The translations under genes were made by a program, and so were the position numbers. From assembly GCA_013239625.1 (NCBI GenBank), contig MU053911.1, positions 757,590 through 821,589 on the forward strand: 64,000 bases of DNA. The letters run 5' to 3'. The first letter of the stretch is position 1, and every line of letters begins with the position of its first letter. The notes under the pieces are model-generated. The model ran no database searches. It saw nothing but the letters and a program-made list of their open reading frames with translations, and was not told where the DNA came from. Origin of the DNA: Lama guanicoe (lineage: Eukaryota). Of the stretch, positions 50,181 through 61,990 are shown piece by piece.

Positions 50181-53100
50181 GGCTGTTCCAGTTCTCGTAA
50201 GAAAGAAGGCGAATCTAAACGCTGTACCAATACAGCATAAAATGTAGAAGTCTAAATTCATCTGGCTTGATAGCTTCATTATTTTACTCAGAACCAAGAG
50301 CATGGCCTTAAGATATTAGTCAGAGACACAGGACTTGGCATTGGGATTTGAACACAGGATTGTTGTCAGTCTATTCTTTACGCATGTTCAAATCATAAAC
50401 ACAATTCATTTGTAAGTGATCATAGCTCAGTTTTAGAAACATGTTTCCTTCGAAAATAATTTGAACAAGTCTCTGATCATTTAAATAAACTAACAAAAAT
50501 AAACAAGTGATTTTAAGTTTGAAGCAACTGTTTTAAGTTTGAAGCACGTTTTCACGTGCAACTGCCGATGAGCTGCTTCGTACCACAGTGGACCAGCTTG
50601 CTCGCTTTTAACTAGATGCTAAGACGTGCAGGCGAGCTTTTCACCTGCTCTCATCGTCCAGGGTGGGGGTGGAGCAAATGGCCCTGAGAACTGGGCCAGC
50701 TGCCTTGCCGGGCGTCTGGGTCATGACAGAGAACCAGCCGGTGTAAAGCAATTAAGTCTGACCAGCCCTGATGGCCATTTAATGAGGCTCCTTGGCAGAA
50801 GGGACTTCACTCTACCTGTCTCAAATAGGTTGTGATGTGCCACAAAGCTAAAGGTAATAAATAATTTAAGTGCTGAAATATTCCAGCAGAAAGGCTGTCT
50901 TGCTGACTGTGGAGCGCCAGGCTATGCTGTCACCAACGGAAACAGTGAGCAGGAACTCGCCCACGGACAGGTGACCAAGGCACGGAGACACAGCAGCTCT
51001 TTTCACGGGGAAAGAGTTAAAACACTGGCTAAGAGCTGAGGATAACGGTGCTGTGCCTCACGTCCACTTCTCAGCACGACCGACAGGCCCTGTCAGGCAC
51101 CTGGAAGGCCTGGCCCTGAGATTGAGTTAATGGTGAGAAGGAGGAAGTCCTGTAATTACACAAGAAATCACACACTCTGCTGTTTAGCCAGCAGAGCTGA
51201 GTGGCTTCTGCAGATGGTAAATTAACCCAGCGGGGACTGGGGGAATAGTTCTGTGCAAGAGATTTCTTTATTCATGAGGATAATTGGATACTGAAATGCC
51301 ATCATGTGTTGTATCTTGATTTGAAACTGTCATCTGACACGTGAAGCCCTTGCCTGCCTGCACCGTCCTCAGCCGGGTGTCCCTGCTTCACTGATGGTGG
51401 AGTCGCCTCTCTGCAGTGATGCCCGGGCCGGGACCCTCCGGCTCGAGGAGCCTGTCCTGTTTGGCATTGTCCATTCAGGTCACTCCAGTGACCCTACGTC
51501 CAAGAGGAATCATAGCGTGTATACTTTCAAGGAGCTCAGAGAACAGCCCGCTCTGTAGGCAGAAATGTGAGGACGCCTCGAGGAAGCCCCCTCTGGGGGT
51601 CAGTGCTTGTGCTTCACAGAGGCTGCATTTTTCAGGCATTTTCTTTCCACATCCACATTCCAAAGGTGCCGTCTAGAGAGAAAGCAGCACAGACAGATGC
51701 CTGGAAGTTCACACGTTATGAGGTGACTGCATGGGCACGTGGCAGAAAGGGGAGATGTGCATAAGGCCCTGCCTGCGCTCCTCTGCGTGAAGGCGGCACC
51801 GCGGGCCTGGAGCACGCCCACAGGGGCCACCCCGGGGGGGCGGGCCGCGCAGGTGGATCGTGAGCCGGGCACCCCCTCTGCGGAGCAGCCCCGTCTGCAC
51901 ACCGATGCCACGGCGGTGAGGGTGCCAGGAAGGGAGGGCGCCCGCTCCTGATTGACACGTCTGTCTGGGCGCTGGTGTTTACACGGGAATAACGAGGCCG
52001 CCCCCACGCCCCTGCTGGGCCTGATTACCATGCAGAGGCTTCTCGGGTTGTGTATAATTGATGCCCCCTTCCCTCCAGCTAACCGACGGCAGCTCCCAGG
52101 AGAGGTGCTGATTCGCCTGCAGCTCGCCATGCAAGCAAACACTGGGAACGGCGAGTTTTCTCTCTGCTTAACAATTTTTAAAGATTCCCAAAAGTGCCAT
52201 TTACGTGTTTTAGAGGCACAAGGACTGGCGGTGGGTGTGGGCTCCCTGCTTAATAACAATTGTGGGCTCAGACAGCTGAGAGACGGTGTTCAAGGCCTGC
52301 TTAGCCTGTGCACGCGTGCCTCTGCGTGCGAGTGTGCGTGCGTGTGAATGTGCACTGCGTGCGTGACAGAAATACACTGAACTACGTCACTCTTTAGGGC
52401 GAAGTGTCGCCTCTGACGACCCCCCTCATTTGGGGTGTGGGAGGGGCGCATCTGAACCCCAGTTTGCATTGGGAAGGGTCTTTGTGCTTTTAGTCCTGGA
52501 AGCTAATTTTCTAGGGGTGATGTCACATGTGTGTGGTGTGGTTAGGCAGGGGGACAGAATTCAGCTGGGCTGCAGTTCGGATCCCAGTTTATGAAGGGAA
52601 GGTAAACTAGGGGTGTGAAGTCCCCACGCTCCAGCCTCACGGAGCCACTCAGTCTCCAACGCAGTCACACCACCCAACCTCTTGCATACGTGGAAACCAG
52701 AGCCCATCAGCCCAAACAGGACCACCGCAACCCAGTGACGGGCCGCCCTGAGCCTGACCGCGGTACCCAGGCCAGTGTGCAGACAGCAGGACCCTCTCAG
52801 CCCTTGTGCACATTCGTGTGTCCAGAATGACCCAGCTCAAGACCTAAGGCCTGGGAAGAATGAGGCTCTTCCCAGCCTGGAGTGGGCTCAGCCTGGCAGC
52901 CTGGTGGCTCTGGAGGAAGCGGGGGAGGCGGGCCCCCCTTAGTGGTCAGCCACAGGCCCTTGATCACTCTCTGGGACCCTCCATACATCTCACTTGCGTG
53001 TTTTAAACCTGCTTGTGTTTCAGTTGCTACCATTTGGAGGATGGTTCCAAAGATTTCACGGCGGGAGGGGCGGCTCTCTGGTGAGGAGGACAAAGGTGGA

Positions 53101-53953
53101 AGCCAGTGAGAGGCAGTCCACCTTCTTTTTTCTCACCACTGATGCTCGTTCACATCTATACTCAAAGAAGAAGTGAACGGAAGGCATAAGGGCAGAGAGG
53201 CTCTTCAGCTGGATGATTTGGTGGAGAAAGAGCTAAAGTCTGGGGAATGAGCCCAAAAAGATAACTTACGTATTTTCTTTCAAAATAATCTGGCCACCAC
53301 CGTTGTTTGGGTCTTAGCACACCCAAACTCCCGATGCGTCATAAACCTTTGAAATTTAGGAGTGAGGCAGATCCTTCGTCTTAATCCTTACAGTCTCCAG
53401 GATGCACGCACCCTGAGGAAATACCAGTACTTTGTGCTTGGAGTTGGAATAGTTTTACAAAGGCCGTTTCCTACTGGTTCACAAACTCCGTTTCTAACGC
53501 AGACTTAACAGCAGGTGAGCAACCAGGTCTAAGACTGGCCTTCTCCAGTTAACAAGGACACAGATTGTCCCGTTCAGTCACAACAAGAATTAAATAATCA
53601 CGCTGCCAATTGTCCTATAGCGCAAAGACAGCCCTTTACAGCAATTACGCAGCCCGCACCACCAGCAGCACCAACACCGAGAGATCCCGGCCTGAGTGAA
53701 GGGAAAGGTGTGGGACCCTATCCGTTCTGTATTTACAACGTCCAGTTTATTACTTTCCTGGCAAACTTTCAACAATAAAGAAAGTTAATAGTTATATGTA
53801 GAGGTGTGTACATTTTACTTACTAGCTAAAAGAATAAAGTGTTTATTAAAAACAGAAAAATAAATAAAAACATCACTAAGCAAACAGCCATAGGAAGCAG
53901 CACGTGGACCAAACCAACATCAATTGATGAATCCATCAAAGCCACCAAAACCG

Positions 53954-54109
53954 ACCAGCCCATCGAGACAAGGCACAGGGCAGTGCAGACGCACCACGAG
54001 GAACAGAGTCAGCGCCCGCTGAGGCAGCGGCACCAGCCCGTCGAGACAAGGCACAGGGCAGCGCAGACGCACCACGAGGAACAGAGTCAGCGCCCGCTGA
54101 GGCAGCGGC
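53954..54109. repeat. Tandem duplication, 78-bp unit x2
   Basis: 53954-54031 and 54032-54109 differ at 2 positions. Confidence 0.97.
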
Positions 54110-54114
54110 CTCGC

Positions 54115-54562
54115 GTCCTTGGCTCCGGCAGGCACAGCTCCTTTGCTCACACGGGAGGGGCTGGTCCCCAGCCAGTGAAGGTCCCCCCGTGGCCCACGGC
54201 TGTCTCCAGAGTGTCAGATCACGTCACTAGGCCATCGAACGCCATTTGGACATGAGGACTGGTGAAAGTGGTCGAGGGGCTCCCCCCGGCTGGCCCTCGG
54301 GGAGGAAGGTCCCCCTGGCTGGCCCTCGGGGAGGAAGATGTCCTTGGCTCCGGCAGGCACAGCTCCTTCGCTCGCACGGGAGGGGCTGGTCCCCAGCCAG
54401 TGAAGGTCCCCCCGTGGCCCATGGCTGTCTCCAGAGTGTCAGATCACGTTACTAGGCCATCGAACGCCATTTGGACATGAGGGCTGGTGAAAGTGGTAGA
54501 GGGGCTCCCCCCGGCCGGCCCTCGGGGAGGAAGGTCCCCCTGGCTGGCCCTCGGGGAGGAAG
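54115..54562. repeat. Tandem duplication, 225-bp unit x2, each with an internal 29-bp duplication
   Basis: gtccttggctccggcaggcac starts at 54115 and at 54340, with about 7 differences between copies. ggccctcggggaggaag occurs twice per unit. Confidence 0.97.
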
Positions 54563-57500
54563 GTCTCAGCTAATCCAGGGCTTGGTTAAAACCAGACATT
54601 ATCTGCTTCTGTGAATTTGTATTAGGTTCATCTCCAAAATTGTCAAATACTAGATTCAAAAAACCCTGGTATTTCAAAGTATCCTCAGGAAAGAAGCTGT
54701 TGTGAGAACCATCTCAATTAAATTATTTCAAGATTGATTGACTTGCAGATTTTCAATGAAATACGAAAGTTCCTTGAAGGTATGGAAGTCTGCCATTAAT
54801 ACAGTTACTCAAGGGACTCGTGCATCCGCGCGCAGCAACCATCACCGCCCAAATGTCCTGCTAATTGTCTCTCCACGGATCATGACCGTGTACACCTTAT
54901 TTTATAGGAAACCTAAGGCCATGGTAACACAAATATACCAATTGTTCTGTGACAGCAGTCGCTGTATTTGACGTAGGCGGGAAAATGAAAGCTCTTCTCC
55001 TGGGATGTGCTTAGCGTTGCACTAGATGAAAAGTGACTCTTGGATAAAAGAGTTTTTCGTGAGCACCTCTAAGTCATACTGTGTCCCGAATGCGGGAGCT
55101 GAAGACCCAGAAGAAACCCACGCTGCTTCAGTGCGTCCGCAGGGCAGGCGCAGTGCTGCGCAGCCCCGGGGAGACGCCTCCAGGCGGTTTGCTAGATGAG
55201 ATCATCCCGTTCCGCGGACCGTGGCCAGTCCAGCTCCACTGCCCGCGAGAACAGTCGGGGGCTGGAGATGCTGCCCTGCTTGTGTGCCAGCAGCCCTGAG
55301 GGATACGCATTCTGCTCGTTTTCAGGAGCCTCGCATCCTGCGATCCACGAGGTCGGAAAGCTTTTACACCACAAACCAGGGGAGCTTCACCTTCTGTGAA
55401 GACTGAGCTGCAGCCATACTCCTCTGACGATGCTGCTGTTGAGGTCGACCGTCACCCTCTTTCCTAAATTGATATAAAGTGTGATGTTAAGTAACATCCC
55501 AGCTGATCGTCAGCATTAGCTCCTCTGCTGCGGTCACAACCCCCAAAACCAGACAAACATTTGAGTGATCAGGTGACCTACTTGGACTTTTCCAAATATT
55601 GATGATTGATCAAGAATTCTTGGGACCCCTGGGCTTGCGTATTTCTGTAATATGTCATCTTCTGCGATAAGACAATGATTAGGAAGAATGAGGATGAATT
55701 AGAAGCAAAATGAGTTTATTCTTTTTTAAATCAATCGAGGGATGTTTCTCCCTTTTGTTAGTACCCGCTAATTCCTAGTAAAACAGTCCTGTGGTTTCTT
55801 TCTAACGTGTGCTACCACCAATCACATTTATCCCGTCTGCATCTGGGCACTGCCTCACGCACTCGGACGAAGGGATTCATGCTCCTGCTAGGAACGGCAC
55901 TGGCCTGGATTTCCCTGAGCTCACTCTCATCCCGCAGCAGGACGGTGGCAACCCAGAGATGGAGGTGAGCGCAGCAGCGGTCGCTGTGTCACTGCCACAG
56001 CTCTCTTTCTTGTCTTCCTCTTGTTACGACTTCCACCCCCCTAATTTGGCTACTTCAGGTGAGTCCTCCCCGGTATCAAAGTCAGAGGTGTCCAGTGCTG
56101 GTCAGCCTCTTGGGGGTCATTCATATTCAAGCCTTTAATACTTCTCCTCACAGAAAGGAGCCGGCGTCTGGAGGGGCCGCCAGATCCGCAGAGGCAGCAC
56201 GGCCCCGGCTCCAGCCTGGGCCAGCCCCAGCAGGCACCCTGCCATCCAGCTCCTTCCAGGCTCCTCTGCCACAGGCCCGGGCACCCCTCGAAGGGAGAAG
56301 GCCCCCACACCCCTCCGTGCCCGAGGAAGGCGGCACTGAGAGTGCAAAGGGGGCTCCCCTCTTTGGTGAGCATGTGTGGACGAGGAGGGCAGGAAGGCGG
56401 GTGCTCACCTCTGCCGGGCGGCAGGAGGAACCCGGCTTCTCTGCAGAGCTGATGGTGGCAGATCCAACTCACCTCTCAGGGAAGGCTGTCAGATCCGCTG
56501 GTGATGAGTGACAGCTGTGACCGGCGTAAATCCCCCTGTGTTGTAAATTTCCGACAGCAGTACACCTGGGCCACCTCACGCCAGGCGGTGGGCGGCTGTG
56601 CGCAGCCCCCGGAAGCTTGGGCTGCTGGGGACACCGCACAGCCCACGCCTCCACTCTGAACCCACAGGACAATCCCAGCTGGTCACAGACGCCCTGTGCG
56701 GGTCACTGACTGTCCCGCTGCTGCCCAGACACACTCTCCAACTCATGTCCCTCCACTGAATCTCAGATCGCACCCTGCATTACTATGAGGACACCGAGAG
56801 GAAATTATCTGCTGTGTCCTGAGCGGATCAGCAGCTGACCCACGACTCACACCCGCGTCTGCTGACACCAGTGCTCGAGACTGTTGTTGCTGCCCTGGAG
56901 CGTGTTTACCCTGCTTTCTCCCCATGTTGCTCTGCTCTAATGTCCCAAGGGGTGCTGAGAAGGGTTTATTAATGTCAGAAAAGTCTGCGATCTACACACT
57001 CTCAGCCCGAGAAAGTCTGAGCAGAACATTTTCTTAGCCTCTGAGAGGCTGCTGAGGGGCCAGACATAATAGTTAAGCAGCTGGAAAAATCACTTGAATG
57101 ACTCACCACAGCTGTACTGTCTTTCTTTCTTCCTTTTTTTTTTTTTTTTTGGCATTGGCTGTTGGGATTAAAACATGGAAAATGGAATGAAATCTTTTAA
57201 AGAGAGGAGTGAAAAAATTACAACAGAAGCTGAATCCTGAAATTCATGGAGGGGTGATGACAGACAAAAGCCACCATGGGGTCAAGGGTGGTGGGCGCTC
57301 CGCCAAGGAGTGGGTCCTGGGTGCCGGCCCGACAGCCTCGTGGGTCCTGTCAACGCGGTGCCCCTCGGCCACCAGCCCACATGTCGGCTGTGGAGCTCGG
57401 AAATGGTGACTCAGAAGAACACAGTCCCAGAGCTGGGGCTGTGCCTGTAAGTGATGCCTACACGGCTCGGGCTTGGGGGGCACGAGAAAGCGGCTTAGAA

Positions 57501-57911
57501 CAGCAGTGCCCAGGAAAGCAGGAATAAAAGGCGGCTTTGAAAGGTATGCGTTTTAGCGTGTTCTCAGCAGCCCTGCAGAGGCCCGCTGCGTCTTTGCGCA
57601 CCTGATGGTGATGACATGCGTGTCTGCGCAGCACACGTCCCGGCACAAGGTCACCGAGAACTGGCCATGCTGCCCCACAGTGCCTGTGGTTCCCTCCCCT
57701 TTCCTGTCAGCCTGTCTTGCCCGGCATCTCGCAGCTGCCAGTAGGGCAGCCTGGTTGTCAGCCCAGGGCTCCACGCCACCCAGTCCCCGAGCCAGTCCTG
57801 CCCGAGCCTCCGAGGACATCAGAGCCTGCCCCATGCGGAGGTATCGAAAGATGGCTGCTATTTCAGTAGCTGATATTCCAAAATGCCACTGCTGTGCCCG
57901 GCAAGCTGCGT

Positions 57912-58085
57912 ATCTGTCATCTGCCACCGCGTAACAAACCAGCCCCCAACTCAGTGGCCCAGAGTAGCCGCCCGCTTGTCTGGTCACGGTTCTGGGAGCT
58001 CACAAGCAGGGTGCGCTGGGGCGGCTGGTCTCCGCCCACATGGTGTTGGCAGGTCAGCTGGGCTGGCTCATTCCAGGTGGCCTTT
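57912..58085 (-). mobile_element. GC-shifted MaLR LTR fragment (MLT1F/G/H-like)
   Basis: atctgccaccgcgtaacaaaccagcccccaactcagtggc...tcacggttctggg...ctggggcggctggtctc resembles MLT1 ends (tattgctgcgtaacaaaccaccccaaaacttagtggc). Confidence 0.55.
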
Positions 58086-59499
58086 AGTCCCCCACAACCC
58101 GCTCACAGCATCAGATAAGGAGACCCTCTGCCACGTACACCCCCATCTTTCACCTGTGACGCTTAATCCACTTTCTGATGGACGCTGGCTGCTCCGCTGG
58201 GTCCTGCACCCTCTCCTGAGCCTCAGCCTACTGGGCTGTGGCTGTCCCCAGGTCCTGAGAGGACAGCTGGGCCCCTCGGCCCTGGCTGGCATCCTGTTCC
58301 AAATGTAAGGATGCTCCAGTCATGGCCAGAAGCTCTTGTGGCGTCTGCCTTATTCTGTTAATTCTGGCCCAGACCATTCATCCAGTAAATGTTTATGAGG
58401 CGTCTGCCATGTGTCGCTAGACCCTTGAGAAGTTTCTGATGTTTTGGAGAGATGTGTTTGTGATCAGGTAAACTGCACCATAATATAACAATTGTGCTCC
58501 AGAATTATGAATGACGAGCTGATAGGTACCAAGGATGTGGGGAAACTTGACCAAAGAGGGGACGTTTAAAGTGGATTCTCAAGGATGAATGAAGTTTGCT
58601 GGCTGACGGTGGTAAGGAAAGGAATTTCAGGTAAAAGACGCTGCAAAGTTGTGGTGAGACTCTCAGTCCTGCTGAGAAAGGCCTGGGTCCACTGCCTGTG
58701 GACCCGAGGACCGAGGGTGAGGCAGAAGAGCAGGTTAAGTCCTGGGGGGCAGCAGCTAAGCTGGGAAGCCTGTTTCCCGTCCCACAGGCCGGAATCCAGC
58801 TGCGAGGTGTGCCCTGGCTTGCAGACCCTTGGAGTCACCGGGCTCTCAGCCCAGACTGATGAATCAGGAGAGTCGGGGAGCCTAGGAGTCTGAGTTGTCA
58901 AATCTACACCGTCCCCCTGATGGCCGGCCTCATGGGGAAGCATGTCTTCATCTAATGGGGAAGCCCACGTAAGGGGTGAAATGTGACTGCGTCTGGAGAT
59001 TGGGAAAGTGACTGCAGGTGCCATAGGGAGGTGAGCGCAGCTGGGCGACGACCAAGGAAGGGAGGTGTGATGTGGGTCTGATCCCGGAATGGAGACTGGG
59101 GAGAGCGTTCCACGGAGTCAGCTGAGTGTCACGGGAGGAAGCGCAGAAACTGAGGAGAAACAGAGGGTGACTGTACAGCTGCTCGCTGGTGTCTGAGGGG
59201 ACAGGATGGCCGTTAGCTGAGTCCCAGGACTTGGCGTCTCGGCCTGGGGGAGGGTGATAAGCCTTTCACCTGAGAAGGGTGGGATCTAAGATATCAACAA
59301 GACGGCAAGGTGGACCTGCCCGTGTGAGAGATGGGAAAGTGTATCTGAAGCTTAAACATAATAAGGCACCCTGAACTGGAAGACGTCACAAGAGACAGGA
59401 TCGAAAGACGGCAGGTGAGCTGACCAGGGACCCCGCGGAACCACAGCCCTCACATCAAGGTGAATAAAGCTAATTTAAGCAGCCTCTGAAGAGACAAAC

Positions 59500-59620
59500 T
59501 CGTTGGGCCACTCCCTAGAGATTCTGATCCAGGGGGCTGGGCTGAGGCTCAGGGAGAAATATTTGTAACCATAAGTACAAGTGATTTCTGGGACCGTATT
59601 CTGAGGAACACTGATGCAGA
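59500..59620. mobile_element. MER5-like hAT fragment
   Basis: tgggccactccctagagattctgatccagggggctgggctgaggctcagg...aagtgatt...tgaggaacactg. Confidence 0.6.
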
Positions 59621-59689
59621 CAGAGTGTACGGATGAGCCTCAGACAACTCCTCAGAGCTGAACTGTGAACCCTTACCTGCCCCCCGTGC

Positions 59690-60005
59690 CTCACAATGGA
59701 CTGTATTTGGAGACAGGGGCTTGAAGGAGGTAACCAAGGTAAAATGCGGTCAGATATTGCGGCCTCAATGCAATATGGCTGTGTCCCCATCAGGAGAGAA
59801 GAGCAGGACGCAGACACACACAGGAAGACCAGGCGTGGACACTGGAGGCAGACGGCCATCTGCAAGCCAAGCAGAGAGGCCTCTGAAAGAGCCGACCCTC
59901 TGACACCGTGGCCCTTAGAACTTCAGTCTCCAGATCTACAAGAAAATTAATTTCTGTTGATTAAGCCACCCAGTCTCCGTCCTCAGTCACGGCAGCCAAC
60001 TCACA
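59690..60005 (+). mobile_element. MaLR LTR (MLT1B-like)
   Basis: gactgtatttggagacaggg...ggccatctgcaagccaagcagagaggcctc...gaacttcagtctccaga...gaaaattaatttctgttgattaagccacccagtct...ggcagcc. Confidence 0.85.
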
Positions 60006-60355
60006 CAGAAATGAAGATGGACTGTCAGAACAATCAGAACCAAAAACAAGAGAAAGGATACCCGGAAAATGAAGGGAGGCGGTGAGCGACAGTGTCTGAG
60101 TCCACGGGGAGACCAGACGGTGACCTGGAAGAGGGGCATTGCCAGGTGATCTCACGAGACCAGCAACAGCACGGTGATGTGGCAGAGATGGGGCCGGGGG
60201 CCAAAGGGGGGCTGAACAGCTGGGAAGGTGGAGTTGGGCGGACACCATGAGGGCGCTGCCTTGGAGGGGAGCATTTTAGGACAGAGAAGAGTAGAACACA
60301 TTTGAGACTAAGGGGAGGAGCCAGAAAAGAAGGCTGTGTTGAAGGTGCAAAAGTA

Positions 60356-60357
<2 letters not shown>

Positions 60358-60386
<29 letters not shown>
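60358..60386. repeat. (TAA)n microsatellite
   Basis: About 9 perfect TAA units; source of the poly-N and poly-Y runs in the ORF track. Confidence 0.95.
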
Positions 60387-60883
60387 GAAGGCAGGGGACA
60401 ACCAGAGCAGTGGGGAGAAGGAGCCCAGGTTTAGGCGAAGGAGGAGGAGAAGGTGGAGCAGGTGGAGGAGACGGACAGGAAGAAGGGAGGGAGCGGAGCA
60501 GGAGGAGGGTCTGGGAAGGTGACCCCTTTTCCTCAGCAGAAGAGGAGGACAGGGTGGAAGAGGCGCAGTCAGGGGCTGACCCTCTTTTCCCGGGAACACA
60601 GCAGGTGTGGTCACCTGCCAAGAGTTAGGGTTTGGGGTGATATTTTTATTTAGATTAAACAAACACACGGGATATGGTGACAGGGAACCTGGAGGCTTCC
60701 AGTGACATGCGATGAGACAGGGAAGGTCTGACTTTATCCAGTTTGCAGAATAAAGAGGAAAGACTTGAGTCAGCCCTCCCCGTCCTCCTCTCCTAGGCTG
60801 ACTGAGTGCACCTGAAATTAGTCGATTCCAGTTCACGGGTAACTGCTCTGTCAACATAACATTGTCCTTAGAATCAGGGGGGT

Positions 60884-61290
60884 TGACTGGATAAAGAAGA
60901 TGTACATATGCACAATGGAATATTACTCACCCCTAAACGAAATACTGCCATTTGCAACAACATGGATGGACCTAGCGATGATCACACTAAGTAAGTATGT
61001 CATACTTACTTATGACATACTGAAGTAAGTCACACAGGGAAAGACAAATATCATATCACTTTTATGTGGAATCTGAAAAAAAGGACCCAAATCCTATTTA
61101 CAAACCAGAAACAGACTCATGGACACAGAAAACAAACTGTGGTTACCAAAGGGATAAATTAGAAGTTGGGGATTAACAGACACACACTACTGTGTATAAA
61201 ACAGATAAACAAGGACCTACTATACAGCAGAGGGAACCACATTCAGTATCTTGTAATAACCTATAATGGACACGAATCCAAGGAGAAAAT
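60884..61290 (+). mobile_element. L1 ORF2 end and 3'UTR fragment
   Basis: gactggataaagaagatg...caatggaatattactc...gccatttgcaacaacatggatggaccta...ccagaaacagactca...gaaaacaaac. Confidence 0.9.
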
Positions 61291-61779
61291 AATAGCAGAA
61301 ATCAAGTTTTGTGACATTTGATTGCGTCCTTCCCATCCATCAATTCCTGTCCTGCAGTTCCCAAGTCGCTCTCTGTTCCCCCAGCATTGGGAACCAGAGA
61401 TCTCATATCCAGTATCCCAGTCACCGGGAGCCCCTGCTGTGTTCTAGTGGAAGGCACTGCACGTGGACTAACATTGTTCAGCAAAATGCACAGTGTTTTT
61501 AACGAAGTGGAAGGAAATCTTGCTTGATCTCAATGAGAAAACTTTTATGTTCTGTTTGCTTCAGTGAGGTCAGCAAATACTTGGAATGGCCGTAAAGAAG
61601 GTTCAGCCGTGGGCTAGGCTTTGAACGAGATTGAGCTTTTCTTCCAGTGTCTTATCAGCCGAGATTTTGAAATAGGACGTCTCACCTGATGAGCGTTTTA
61701 CTCTCAGATAGTCATGAGCTGTTTTAACAGAAGCTCCTGAAAATTCTACAAAAGACTCCCAGGTCCAAGTACCTTGTTC

Positions 61780-61990
61780 GATTTTTTTTCGGTTGAAGAA
61801 AGGTCAGTTTCCCGTGTACAGCATCCTGTCCCAGTCATGCATATATATATGCACATATATTTGTTTTCATATTCTTTTTATTGAAGATTATTAAAAGATA
61901 TTTGCTTAATAGAGTTCCCTGTGCTCTACAGAAACTTTTTCATTGATTTTTACATATAGTGGTTAACATTTGCAAATCCAGTACCGAATT
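61780..61990 (-). mobile_element. L1 3'UTR fragment
   Basis: gtgtacagcat...cagtcatgcat...ttgttttcatattctttt...gttccctgtgctctacag...atttgcaaatcc is the reverse complement of the L1 3'UTR. Confidence 0.75.

Larger units (their letters stand above)
58373..60620 (-). mobile_element. Degenerate L2 LINE interrupted by MER5-like and MLT1 insertions
   Basis: Begins cattcatccagtaaatgtttatgaggcgtctgccatgtg (reverse L2 tail), then purine-rich L2-like text (gaatttcaggtaaaag...tgcaaag; gaagccca...; cctttcacctgagaaggg), resuming after about 60010. Confidence 0.55.

Noticed and set aside
53833..53847. aataaa-gtg-tttatt as a bidirectional polyadenylation signal
   Set aside because: It lies in an AT-rich tract with several AATAAA hexamers and no identified upstream exon
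53954..54562. CRISPR-like or coding repeat array
   Set aside because: Units are directly adjacent with no unique spacers, there are only two copies each, the context is mammalian, and the 225-bp unit contains stops
60034..60857. ORFs with poly-N, poly-L or poly-Y and glycine/proline-rich stretches
   Set aside because: Products of the (TAA)n microsatellite and purine-rich decayed L2-like sequence
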